Positions 51,383 through 62,026 of a DNA stretch of 64,000 nucleotides are shown here, in pieces. The translations under genes were made by a program, and so were the position numbers. Position 1 is the stretch's first letter, and every line of letters starts with the position of its first letter. The notes under the pieces were generated by a model. It saw only the letters and a program-made list of their open reading frames with translations, was not told the origin of the DNA and did no database searches. The DNA comes from Trypanosoma brucei (Eukaryota), in the NCBI GenBank assembly GCA_000002445.1, contig CP000067.1:1024001-1088000 (forward strand), read 5' to 3'.

Positions 51383-53434
51383 TCACTGTTTCCCGTCAGA
51401 TACATCAAGTGTCACTTGACGCCCAATCATTGATGAGTCCGTTGCGGCCACGACGCGTGTGAGCACCGCCGTCCCATGTTCGTTGAAGGAAAGCGGTGAG
51501 AACATAAAGGACCCGAGGTCGTTAAACCACAAAACCCAATTATGGTGCCGCCACACGGTACGGCGGTGGGTGATGGATATCAATGAGATGCCCAACTGCT
51601 TGCACATGCTGTACAACCGCTCCTCTATCTCAATATCCATGTTGCTGCTGCACTCGTCAAGTACGGCAAAGTGCGGCCGGTGGTAAAAGAGACGCGCAAT
51701 CGCGAGTTTCTGCATTTCGCCTAACGACAGCAGACCGTCAGACCACGAGAAGACGGTGTCCCACGTGATGTGCGGCCTTGAGAGTATGTCTTCCAGCTTG
51801 GCCATTTCAAGACATTCGTACAGCATGGACTCACTCACTTCGAGTTCTGATAATTGCTTCGGGTACGTAATTTGACTGCGCAGCGTGCCACAGGGGACAT
51901 ATGGTCTTTGTGGTACGTAGTAGATTTGATCCATACGAGGCTTTACAATACGACCACCATGAAGCGGCCAGAGCCCAGCCAGAAGCCGTAACAAAGACGA
52001 CTTACCGCAACCGTTGGCGCCAACAATGAGGAGATTCATTCCTGGTTTCACGTGCAGCGTCAGTCCCCGGCACAACATTTCGTTGGTTGGGAGAATAATG
52101 GGCACATTCTCAAATGCTATGTAGTCGCCACGCACGATCTCACCAGCACTGCCCTTCGGAGCGTCGTCCAGTGCTCGTCTACTCGTCCGTTGAACCTCCG
52201 TAGCGTGTTGAATGCTTTCTTGGAGCTCGTAAATTTCGTCAGTTAAGGAGCGCAAGACAAAAAATCCCCTGCAATTCCTCACAAGTCCACCAATCCCCTG
52301 CGAAAGCTTCATGAAAACGTAAGAAGTCTCTGCAAAGAGAGCAAGGAGATCTTGTCCGCTCGTCGCCTCCGTATTCCTGGAGAGGACAACTCCCAAACAC
52401 ACGAAGTTACTCAGTATCCTCGAGCCGTACTTCAGGAATAAATTTTCCATCAAACCATAACGCCCCTGCACAAATGCTGCCCGACTCCTATGCTGCACAA
52501 TCGACTCGAGATATTGATTCATGAGATTTCTGTGAAACAGTTGTCCTTTGGACATCACTAACTCCTCCGCGTATTTCAGCAGTCGGTTATGCGCAGTGAT
52601 AAGGGTACCTTCGCGGCTGAGCTGCTCCGCAACAAGGCCTTCCATATCGGGAGAAAACTTTTGGGCAATAGCTACAAATAATGCGTAGTAGCCAATCACC
52701 ATTGCTAGCGTTCGTGACCCACTGGTGGAACCCACCTTGTACGAAAAGGCGACAATGTTGATTAGTGGTTCCAGGATAGACGTGAAAAACCCCGCGACGT
52801 TTCTGGACCAGCTTGCGACGTGTCGTGTAATGCGTTCGTCAATGTTTTTTACCGAGTGCGAGCTAGCGACGGCAAAGAAGACATCATTGTTAAGATAAAT
52901 GCGATGCAAGTGATGGGCCAGGTTAGACTGCAACCGCAGACCCAGCATTCCTACGCAGTACCTCAAGGTTGTGTTCGCTAATGCAACGGGAGCAAACCAG
53001 CACAATAGCAATCCAACGACGCGCACCACCGTAGCGGGGTTGCCGCTTATAGCACTTTTGTCCACCGCCGCTGCAACGCTGGTGATACGTAACGATAGAA
53101 ATGTCCTCGAAATGAGGAGGAGAGAAATTATCATCAGCATTCCACTTTCCCGTGAACGAATGGACGGAATGGCAATCTCAAGTAAGGCAAGAAAGCGCCG
53201 GACTGCTGCAGCAAACGACTGAACTTTCACCTTGTCCTGTGCTTGCGCTTCCTTCCCGTTCACACTGCTCGCTGGTTTTGATCTTTCAGCCTTCAGTGGG
53301 AGCGGTTTGTTAGACCGCAACCCTGCAGAGGCTGCAAGTATAGCAGCAACGCCGCCAGTCAACATGCATGCGCACAACTCGTGGTTTCTGCTCCTAGACG
53401 CGATGTATTCCTTGCATAGCTCAAACACTGTCAT
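51383..53434 (-). CDS. ABC half-transporter of subfamily-D type (peroxisomal/glycosomal ABCD-like; TMD followed by NBD)
   Basis: The 683-aa ORF has a verified ATG start. The N-terminal half is a membrane domain. The C-terminal NBD carries Walker A GANGCGKSSLLR, an ABC signature LSLGEMQKLAIARL (the ABCD-type LSGGEKQR variant) and Walker B FAVLDECSS. The TMD-then-NBD order and size match ABCD (ALDP/PMP70-like) transporters. It may correspond to a trypanosome glycosomal GAT transporter, which is recall only. Confidence 0.8.
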   Translation of the reverse strand: MTVFELCKEYIASRSRNHELCACMLTGGVAAILAASAGLRSNKPLPLKAERSKPASSVNGKEAQAQDKVKVQSFAAAVRRFLALLEIAIPSIRSRESGMLMIISLLLISRTFLSLRITSVAAAVDKSAISGNPATVVRVVGLLLCWFAPVALANTTLRYCVGMLGLRLQSNLAHHLHRIYLNNDVFFAVASSHSVKNIDERITRHVASWSRNVAGFFTSILEPLINIVAFSYKVGSTSGSRTLAMVIGYYALFVAIAQKFSPDMEGLVAEQLSREGTLITAHNRLLKYAEELVMSKGQLFHRNLMNQYLESIVQHRSRAAFVQGRYGLMENLFLKYGSRILSNFVCLGVVLSRNTEATSGQDLLALFAETSYVFMKLSQGIGGLVRNCRGFFVLRSLTDEIYELQESIQHATEVQRTSRRALDDAPKGSAGEIVRGDYIAFENVPIILPTNEMLCRGLTLHVKPGMNLLIVGANGCGKSSLLRLLAGLWPLHGGRIVKPRMDQIYYVPQRPYVPCGTLRSQITYPKQLSELEVSESMLYECLEMAKLEDILSRPHITWDTVFSWSDGLLSLGEMQKLAIARLFYHRPHFAVLDECSSNMDIEIEERLYSMCKQLGISLISITHRRTVWRHHNWVLWFNDLGSFMFSPLSFNEHGTAVLTRVVAATDSSMIGRQVTLDVSDGKQ

Positions 53435-54312
53435 TTTTCCCTTTCCCTTTCCCTTCTCCGTCTATTTTTCTTTTTTTCTTCACTAGATAAGGACCCCACT
53501 GCTACCAGTGGCACAGGGGAAGGGAAAAGAGCAGTGAGGGAAGAATGATCCTTCCCCTCGTCACTACACTGACTGTCTCCCGTCTATTGCTGTTGGCGTT
53601 GAAGTTGTTGTTGCGCACGCCAGGTGTATTTACAAGTCGAATTTGATGAAAGAAACACATGAACGTAGAAGATGATGATAGACATACACTACGGAGGAAC
53701 AGGCATGCATAAAACTGTAGGTAGCCCTACTATCACACACACCAAATTCAGCGATTAAATTGATCACAAAAGGAGTGGCAAAACTAAGAAATACAGGTAC
53801 ACACACACACACATATAGATATATCCATACACATATAAATGCGCAGATAACCCGCATTACTGTGACTGCAGTATGCGGGGTGCCACACATGATCAGTACA
53901 AAAAGAAACACACGGCTAGGTAACTGGTTAACAACTGCAGTAATTTAAAAAAAAAAGTTCACTCAATCTCCTAAAGTGGGGGTGTTGACGTTGTTGGAGT
54001 GGCGAGTGAGACCATTTGTCGTGCCAATAACTCAAGGCATCAATTTTGGAAGGAGGGATGGGCGGAATGATCCATGCGAATCAAAATAAGGACACAACGA
54101 ACACAAGAAGCAAAAAAAAAAAGAAAAAAAACCAGTTCGCAAGAACGGTACTAAAAAGTCGAGTATGCATTTGCTTCGGTATGCGCTGCTTTCCTACACC
54201 GCGAAACCCAAGAATCGTTCGAACTGCAGGAGGAGGGATGATGAGGGGAAAGGGATTAGGAAAATGGGAAAAAAAAACTACAGCTGAAACGCGTACTTAC
54301 TTATCCCTTCCC

Positions 54313-57144
54313 CTAACCTCCACTTATCTGACTGCTTTCCGTGCATTCCAGGGGTACGTCCATTTCGCTAAATAGCCTGTTGAGCAAACCACGAAGCATG
54401 GCATTTTCCTTGTAAAGAGCTGACACCTCATCCTGCGTTGATATGAACCCAGCGGTGTCCAGCGTGACTGTGCCGGGTGTGACACCTTCTGTTGCGACAA
54501 GTCTGAAGCCGAAGTCCTTACATAATATATTTTTTTCAGGTATCGATGGTGTTACTTTCATTTCAGGGGGTAATGCGATGGAGGAGGGAGGGACGTCACC
54601 GTGATCAGAGTTACATAATGTCCACATGCACAAATTTCCTTGAAGAGCTACTAAACACGGTTGTAATCTAGGAAATACACGAACCGCGGTTTGGCAGAGC
54701 GGAAGCACTGTGGTATTAATTAGCAACAACTGTGCCTCCGCAACCATCCGCGTATTGTAAGGAACCTCAACAGGCCTCACACTCGGCTCATTTATAAACT
54801 GCGTTTGGCGTTGATAAAGACCGAACCTTTCACTTGCCCAGTACCTGCTCACAGCAGCGGTACGCATAGTAAAGGCATGTTGAGCGAGCGCAATAAACAA
54901 GCGAACAAACTGATGACGAACTGGGGCTGCGTGTAACCGCGGGGATATGCCGTCAGCTCTTTCGATATCTCCAGCATAAATCAGGCATTCCAGCTGCGAC
55001 AGCGATTCTTGAGGCAGTAGGAGTGCCCTCATGGTTCGGAGAAGTAGATCACGATCCTTCGCTTCCCAGTGTGCAGAAAAGTTAAAGTAACACCGTCCCA
55101 TCAACCTGCAAATTGTCTCATAGTTGCAATAGCTTTCCAGCATTTCTTTTTCAAGAGAATTCGGATAGACACTCGCGACATCACGTAATTGGGCATCTGA
55201 CGACTTGTGAGTTTCACTTGGGGGGACGACATACCGATACATCGCGCATAACGCCGACGTTGTGGTGGCGATCCTTTCCACTGGTGTCATACGTTCCAGC
55301 ATCCCTGAATGGAACATAAGGCTATAGAAGAACTGCATGTTGTCCGCTGCACGGTCAGCGCTATGAAAAGGCCCACTCCCAAATCCATTCTGAATGTGAA
55401 GCAGCAGGCGTTTCCACGCAGTTAAGGATAAGTCCGGCTCTGGCATGCCGTCGAAAAGTTCAGAGTCTTGAGCAATAGCACAACCAACCTGAAAGAGGAG
55501 CCCACCCTGCTCCGATGCGCCGCAGTTTTTCTCAGACCAGATATCAGCGTCGATGTCACCAATAATACGTAGAAGGTTAATGTTGGGGGTGACAGTGGTG
55601 TCACATGTTTTGTCATCCGCATTCCAACTGCGGGAGAGGAGCGGTCCATGCAATGGCATCATGGCTTCATCCGCCGAATTCTGCGAGAAGCGGACTACGG
55701 CTGCCGGGTTTGCCGCCACCGCAACGTCAGAGCACTGTGGCTCGTTGATGTTAGAGAAAACTGCCTCCCTTTCCGCCTTCGTAACATTCGCACGCAACTC
55801 CGCTCCCTTTAACGCGTCATTTGCAACATCCAGTTGCACCTGCAGCTGATCTCGTTCTTTGGTTACACGTTCTAATGCGTGTCGCAGCAATTCCGCGTCG
55901 CGGTCTGCCGTAGTGCTCTGAGCACCATTCTCAGTTGCCTTGGTCATATCACTATCACTAATTCCGTCCAGGTCACGGCCTGCATTTGAGGAATTGGCAG
56001 CGGCGGTGCCCTCCTGTCCAGCCAGAGCCAAGAGAGCATTGGTTTCACTGCGAAGGTTGTTGCACTCCTGCTGCAGCCGCTGTACGTTGGCATCATGCTC
56101 CACATGGTTCTCCATCATGCGGGAAAGTGCACCCTCCAACTCCGCACAACGGCACTCACATTGCATGCGCACCTCGACTGCATCAGATAACTCCGTGGAG
56201 AGCGATTTGATATTCTTTTTTAGTTTACTAATGAGGAAGTCCCTCTTCGTTATTGCATGCCGCTGCTCCGACCACGCCATCTGAAGCCTATTAGCAAGAT
56301 CGAATAACGACTTGCCCCACTCGTGTTGATCTTCTTCCACACTTGTAAGTGTTTGCGACAACATAGCGCTTGCTTCCCCGATATCCACATTTTCTTGCGA
56401 GGCATGATCACTCCACTCCTCAAGGTGACTTTCAATGAAGTGGATTATGTCGCGAGCAACACTCCACTCATCAGCACCGTCACGTGAGGCAGACTCCGCG
56501 CGGGCTTCCAGCTCTGGAAACAATGCGATGGCAGTACTCACCAATTGTTGTACCACTTCATCCAATTCCGCCAGGACGGAAGGACTGCGGTGCGTTCCAT
56601 CATGAGCTTCGGCGATGTCGCCTCCGTCATTATCAGGCGCGCGTCCTGCTTTACTTTTCGTGCCCGGCCCACGGGACTTGTACGAAATGGAGTGAGTCTG
56701 GCTTATATTGGGTGGCTCCCCCGGTGCATTGTCCGCCACATTACCCGCTGGTTCATCTTCCTTTTTCTTGTTGAGTGTCATTTCAATTTGTATTTCTTTG
56801 ATGGTGTCTTCTTGTTTCATGCAGAGAAGCTCTAATTTGTGATTCTCCCGCAGCAACTCCTCGACACGCCGCTGCGAGGAGGCGAGCAGTTGCCTGGCTG
56901 TACTTTCCTGCAACCCATCGGTATCAGGCGGCATGCGCGGGTTCGGTGTGTTGCTGCGGTCCAATGAAAGTGCTCTGGACGCCACAACATTACTGAGCGA
57001 GCGTCGCAGGCTGCTGATCCGTTGCAGAGCATCGAATGCCGGGGCTGGCGAGCCGGGAGAGGCAACAGCCGTCCCCACTGCTGCAGTTCCTACAACCTGC
57101 TCGCACGCCATGGATGGCCGCTGGAAGATATGTTTTTGAGACAT
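54313..57144 (-). CDS. Hypothetical coiled-coil protein
   Basis: The track ORF (952 aa) starts on TTG. The first ATG is codon 10, giving about 943 aa, and a second candidate ATG is codon 21 at 57111. The central region has long heptad-like stretches rich in E/L/Q/R (LQQECNNLRSETNALLALAG, ERDQLQVQLDVANDALKGAELRAN). I saw no enzymatic motif. Confidence 0.55.
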   Translation of the reverse strand: MSQKHIFQRPSMACEQVVGTAAVGTAVASPGSPAPAFDALQRISSLRRSLSNVVASRALSLDRSNTPNPRMPPDTDGLQESTARQLLASSQRRVEELLRENHKLELLCMKQEDTIKEIQIEMTLNKKKEDEPAGNVADNAPGEPPNISQTHSISYKSRGPGTKSKAGRAPDNDGGDIAEAHDGTHRSPSVLAELDEVVQQLVSTAIALFPELEARAESASRDGADEWSVARDIIHFIESHLEEWSDHASQENVDIGEASAMLSQTLTSVEEDQHEWGKSLFDLANRLQMAWSEQRHAITKRDFLISKLKKNIKSLSTELSDAVEVRMQCECRCAELEGALSRMMENHVEHDANVQRLQQECNNLRSETNALLALAGQEGTAAANSSNAGRDLDGISDSDMTKATENGAQSTTADRDAELLRHALERVTKERDQLQVQLDVANDALKGAELRANVTKAEREAVFSNINEPQCSDVAVAANPAAVVRFSQNSADEAMMPLHGPLLSRSWNADDKTCDTTVTPNINLLRIIGDIDADIWSEKNCGASEQGGLLFQVGCAIAQDSELFDGMPEPDLSLTAWKRLLLHIQNGFGSGPFHSADRAADNMQFFYSLMFHSGMLERMTPVERIATTTSALCAMYRYVVPPSETHKSSDAQLRDVASVYPNSLEKEMLESYCNYETICRLMGRCYFNFSAHWEAKDRDLLLRTMRALLLPQESLSQLECLIYAGDIERADGISPRLHAAPVRHQFVRLFIALAQHAFTMRTAAVSRYWASERFGLYQRQTQFINEPSVRPVEVPYNTRMVAEAQLLLINTTVLPLCQTAVRVFPRLQPCLVALQGNLCMWTLCNSDHGDVPPSSIALPPEMKVTPSIPEKNILCKDFGFRLVATEGVTPGTVTLDTAGFISTQDEVSALYKENAMLRGLLNRLFSEMDVPLECTESSQISGG

Positions 57145-58063
57145 CACGATAAGAGGCGAGGCAAGAACCAAACCGCAACTAAAATAATAATAATAATAAT
57201 TCTAAAAAGCCACGTGCGATCAGGCAAGCTAGTCTCGAGAAATATACAGGGATTATAGGGTGATTTGTATTCACACGACGTGTAGTAAGAAAGAAACAAC
57301 CGGAAAAACAACTGATGACACAAGAGAGAAAGCAATGAAGCACCTGTAATGCGTAAAAGGAAAAACAAAAGCGTATATGTGAAATCGTTCGCACCTTGCT
57401 AGAGTATGAACATGCAGGAATCAACAAAGACCACTTACTTTTCTTTAGTTTTTGATGGACGGGGAGGGGGGAACGTGCGACATCCAGGGAAAGAAAGGCA
57501 AAATTAAAAAAAAAATCTATCGGTTGGAACGTTTGCCGGAAGCTGGAGTCGTGCATTTGACATCATTAGTTTCGGCCAAGTGGACGCCATTGCAAAGGTG
57601 GAGGGGAGAGAAAAGCGCGACTGTGTATGAAGTGAAGGAAATCGCGTACGAACTGCGCAACGCGCGTTTTTTTCCCCCCCCTTACCACCTAAGTTCCCCC
57701 GTCAGGTTAGACATCATTGAATGCAGACGTAAACGCTAATGCTACAAAGGTCGCTAGAACTTTCCACGTTTTGAAAACAAACCAACAAACAAAACTACAT
57801 GTGTCGTAGCGCCCAACTAACCTTTTCATGGTTGGGTGACCACCCCCACTTTTGAACGATACTGTCTCCTCCCAAGTTTACCGATAACAGAATTGAGGAA
57901 AAAAAACCGCTGATGATGTTTTTCCTTCCAATAAGCTGAAGATGGAATACTGGTTATTTCCTTCACATACACAAGCCTATGCATTAAAATATGTGCGAGG
58001 AATCTTTGATTCAAATGAGGCTGGGTCACATAATACTCTACTTCTTTATAGAGGGTATATACA

Positions 58064-59053
58064 CTATAGCTTACTTCCGCCGGGCTGAACACTGTACCTC
58101 CAGACGAACTTTGCCTCTTTGCATTGTTCCCTCACAGCTTTTGCAATGCGGTCCCGCTCTTGAGTGTTTGCGGCAAGCGCAACCACAAGGCCACCCCGAC
58201 CTGTGCCTGACATCTTTGCTCCAAGTGCCCCGAAAGTTCTACAACACGTTGCAATGGCGTCCAACTCAGGGCATGAAACCGTTAGTTTTTGGCATAGGGT
58301 ATGGTTTATGTTCATCAGTTCCCCAACGCGGCGCAAATTCCCGCTCTGCAGTGCCTTCTTTGCTTCACGGACACACGCATTGTATTGTTCAAATAAGTCG
58401 TCAAACCACGACGGCTGAGCGGCCTTCAGGCGCGCAACATCGGCTACGACCTTTGTCGTACTTGCGGTAATACCGGTGCTGCAAACAATGATAGAAAGAG
58501 TTTTACCGAGCGCCAGGCGACTGAAAACCGATTTCTTCAGCGCACGGCGGAACAAAATGATCCCACCGTAAGTAGCTGCTGTGTTATCGACGCCGCTTGG
58601 AGTTCCATGGTATCCACACTCGCCTGCGTACGCACTTCTGTTCACGGCTTCTTCACTGAGGTTGAGGCTGTACAACTCATTCAGCGCTCGTGAAAGCGAA
58701 ACAACATCACTTGCGGAGGCGCCAATGCCGCTGCTTGGAACAAGCGGACCACCGAGTTTCACAAGCAAGCCGTCTTTACTCGTGTCAATGTTCAGGTGGC
58801 GTAACACAAGCCCGTGCGCAACCCGCTGCTCTTCCCGCTTTTCTTTGATGTAGCCGGGCACCGCAGGTCTTTCGTCAATAACCTCCACAACGTTAGGTTT
58901 GTGCTTCAATCGAGAGATTTCACATGTTGTATACTCGTTAATACCTGCTACAATGCTCTCAGCACCGTATACAACAAAATGCTCTCCGAAGAGGATCACT
59001 TTGCCGTAGCCGATATGATGGCGCGTCGTTTTGTCCTTAACAGCCACGTGCAT
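58064..59053 (-). CDS. MVK: Mevalonate kinase (GHMP kinase) with a C-terminal -SKL PTS1
   Basis: The track ORF starts on GTG, and the first ATG gives 329 aa (MHVAVKDKTTRHHIGYGKVILFGEHFVVYGA, the GHMP N-terminal motif). The GHMP ATP-binding loop is present as PSSGIGASASDVV. The final three residues are SKL, a canonical type-1 peroxisomal/glycosomal targeting signal. Confidence 0.85.
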   Translation of the reverse strand: MHVAVKDKTTRHHIGYGKVILFGEHFVVYGAESIVAGINEYTTCEISRLKHKPNVVEVIDERPAVPGYIKEKREEQRVAHGLVLRHLNIDTSKDGLLVKLGGPLVPSSGIGASASDVVSLSRALNELYSLNLSEEAVNRSAYAGECGYHGTPSGVDNTAATYGGIILFRRALKKSVFSRLALGKTLSIIVCSTGITASTTKVVADVARLKAAQPSWFDDLFEQYNACVREAKKALQSGNLRRVGELMNINHTLCQKLTVSCPELDAIATCCRTFGALGAKMSGTGRGGLVVALAANTQERDRIAKAVREQCKEAKFVWRYSVQPGGSKL

Positions 59054-59686
59054 AACTTCTCGATACACTTCAATGTAATCCCTCCTATTGGCAACAGAGA
59101 TGAAACACACACAAGTTTACTGCGGTCTGAGCAGGACACGTATGGTCACATTTATTGTAGCAACCGAATAGAACATCTACGCAGATTAGAGAACACTTAT
59201 ACCATAAATGTAACTCTTATCACATTAACCGACAGTCTTCAAAGCTGTATTTCAGTGCAACCACAAGTAGTAGAAGGACTTTTCACCACTCAACTGCATG
59301 AGAGAAGAACACAACAGAACACGACGTCCAAGTACCACTCAAAACAGTGGCGCATCACACTGAAACCACACAAAGAAATAAATGGTAAAAAAGATTAGGA
59401 AATAAAATAACAACAAACAACACGTAACGCTTCACTAATGACGGGGTCGTCCAAATAACTCCATAGGCTTATCTATTGCGTTAGAAGCCTAACTCATAAC
59501 TTGAAGGGAGATGAAGGCGCCTTAATGTAAAGTACTGTGAGGAGTGGTCATCACCAACGAAACCTCCCTAAGCATCACGACAGCCCCTCCCCTTCCCCAA
59601 CTAAATTGTACATTTGATAACCCCAATCCCAACGGCATCCATGAGGCGGGGGTGCACTCATTTCCGTTTAGCATCGCAGATGCATA

Positions 59687-60427
59687 TCATGAACCATGGA
59701 CGCGGGAACATTTATAGGTTCCAAATACCCAATCCCAGAGCATGATGTACTGCCCGTAATTGTACTTGAATTGGTAATGATGGAGGTCGTGTGCACGCAC
59801 ATTAAAGACGTATGGAATGTACACATCAATTCGCGTGTGGTTGAGGCTCGCTAGCGTTCCGCCTATAAATACAAACAGAATCGCAGTCAGCACATGTACC
59901 TGACCGGCAGGTGCAATACGCGTGAGAAGGTACAACGCGAATATATGGTTGTACTCCCCAATTACATATTCAATGGGATGATCATTGACGGCGTCATCGT
60001 TCCCGCGGAATGGTGTAACTTGCCGGTGGTGGTGCTTGTGTATCAGCGGATATATCGGCCTCCAGTGCAACGCCCAGTGGAAGAGCGTGTAAAAGAAATC
60101 GTATATGATGAACAACGCCACCAAGTGAACAGGCATCCACGCGACACCACAGAGGACAACATTAAAATCGTTGAAGTTAAGCGACATGTTGCTCACCTCG
60201 GTGTCGGTGATGAACAAGTAGGAGTGATATACAAACAAAACCGTAAAAAGCTTTGATAACGCGATGAACAGCCGGTCCTTGAACGTTAGGGTTTTAAGGC
60301 ATTGCGCTCGCGTCGGGATGCGGCCACCCACCACGCGCGCAATAAGTGGTACTACCATGCGGTTGTAGAGGGAGAAACCGAGGAAAACGGCAGCGGTTAG
60401 CGCCACGCTCATCACCACTGTGGTCAT
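59687..60427 (-). CDS. Fatty acid hydroxylase / sterol desaturase superfamily membrane protein (three His boxes)
   Basis: The 246-aa ORF has a verified ATG start. It contains His boxes HWALHW, HKHHH and HDLHHYQ, with hydrophobic helices between them. This architecture is typical of the ERG3/ERG25/SUR2-like di-iron membrane oxidase family. Confidence 0.75.
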   Translation of the reverse strand: MTTVVMSVALTAAVFLGFSLYNRMVVPLIARVVGGRIPTRAQCLKTLTFKDRLFIALSKLFTVLFVYHSYLFITDTEVSNMSLNFNDFNVVLCGVAWMPVHLVALFIIYDFFYTLFHWALHWRPIYPLIHKHHHRQVTPFRGNDDAVNDHPIEYVIGEYNHIFALYLLTRIAPAGQVHVLTAILFVFIGGTLASLNHTRIDVYIPYVFNVRAHDLHHYQFKYNYGQYIMLWDWVFGTYKCSRVHGS

Positions 60428-60789
60428 GATTACTTCGCACCACTTCCACCGGCAGTGTATTATATATATTTGTATCGTCCGGAGCCTCGGTGTATTTAAG
60501 GGCGTCCCGCCTTACCTGAGAAAAAAAATATATCTATATCTATATATATATTCTGATGCCACTTTCCTTCCGCGAAGAGGTGTGTATGGGAGAGAGGGAA
60601 CGGTTGTGGGAGAATTCTGGTGATCCATTCCCTCTTACGTGAAGGGACCATTCGTTCACTTTTTCAGCACGGGGATTAGGTGCAACTACTTGCTTCGGTG
60701 GAAGGCGTACGCATGTGGATACTCTTGTATCCATTTTCTGATGGGGTTCACTCATTGCGGACTGTTACACATAAGTGTGATTGCATGAA

Positions 60790-61779
60790 TTACCGTTCGT
60801 ATACGTACGATTTTGGTGTAACAAGCATAAGCATAACTGTCCCTCCTGTGACTGCCACGATGGCACAAATAAAAACCGCCTGCGCGATTATGCGCCATAA
60901 CGGTGCCAAAATGGAATCCCAAAACACTTCCACACCTGGCAGTGCCCTGAGGAAATGGGGAAGCACCGGCCCGCCACCAAATGCAGAGCCCACACGGTCC
61001 ATTTTCTTACACTGGCTTGTTGTACCATCAACACCGCGCTGTAGTAAAGCCGCATTTTCCTCCAAACGTCCCTTCTCCTGATTCATGATGTCACTTACTC
61101 GTAGCGCCCCCTCTTTAATTTCCCTAATAGCATCATTAATTTCATTTATTACCTGCTTCTGAGCTGCATCATCCGCATCCTGTGGCGCGCTGGAGAAGGC
61201 AGATGATGAGATGAGACTCGAAGCATTTGTTGACCTTGCTGCCATATTAGTAATAGCAATATCGCCACCACCTGATTGACCCATTTTTGCAGGTGTAGTT
61301 GAACTCTTAACAGTTGGTGAGGGCTCCAGCTGTATGGATGCTCTAACGCATGGGGCGTTGCTGTCTTCGTGTATCAAAAAGGGTTCGCACACCGCGAAAG
61401 GCTGTTTGGGAGCCCGATGCCTGGCCACTAGTCCAACGCAAGCGACCGGAACATGCAAATGAGGGAAGTAACTGTCTAGAAATTGAGAGAGAAAGGCTTC
61501 AGCGGCATCGACAACAGTAGGTGCATTCCCAACATCATCGCCGCTCAGGGATACTTCAGTTGTAGCCGTCTCGCGTTTGTCGGAGTTGTCCGCGTTGGCT
61601 TGCATCTCTTGCTTCACCAACGAAAGCAAGAATCCTATGCGCTTAATATATTTCAGGAGTTCTGTAACCTGTCTTTGGTTACATTGGCCTACGGCCGTGT
61701 CTTCACTCAGTTTCACCTCCTCCAAGAGACGACGTGCCTCCCTCAATGCGCGCCTCAAGCGAGAAGCAGCTGGAGTCAT
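60790..61779 (-). CDS. Tail-anchored coiled-coil membrane protein (SNARE-like is possible)
   Basis: The 329-aa ORF has a verified ATG start. It has a single C-terminal transmembrane helix, WRIIAQAVFICAIVAVTGGTVMLMLV, followed by only 10 aa. A heptad-like stretch of about 60 aa precedes the helix. The N-terminus is a basic, helical region. Confidence 0.5.
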   Translation of the reverse strand: MTPAASRLRRALREARRLLEEVKLSEDTAVGQCNQRQVTELLKYIKRIGFLLSLVKQEMQANADNSDKRETATTEVSLSGDDVGNAPTVVDAAEAFLSQFLDSYFPHLHVPVACVGLVARHRAPKQPFAVCEPFLIHEDSNAPCVRASIQLEPSPTVKSSTTPAKMGQSGGGDIAITNMAARSTNASSLISSSAFSSAPQDADDAAQKQVINEINDAIREIKEGALRVSDIMNQEKGRLEENAALLQRGVDGTTSQCKKMDRVGSAFGGGPVLPHFLRALPGVEVFWDSILAPLWRIIAQAVFICAIVAVTGGTVMLMLVTPKSYVYER

Positions 61780-62026
61780 GTCAGTCCTTAAAAATTAGGG
61801 GGAAGGAGGAAGGAGAGAACTGAATAGAGGGAGTGTCTGCACTTCATCAAGTGCACAATTACGACAGCTGCAGAACAACAGAATAATTAGAACGGATGCT
61901 CTTCACTTTGACGCCCCATTTTCCACCTGTTTTGAGCTCTGTTTTTTTTTTTTTTGAGTGTCTTGGTTTACACCGCTTCTGATGCCCATCTGGTCACCGT
62001 GCAGCGAAAAACTGGTAACGAACACC

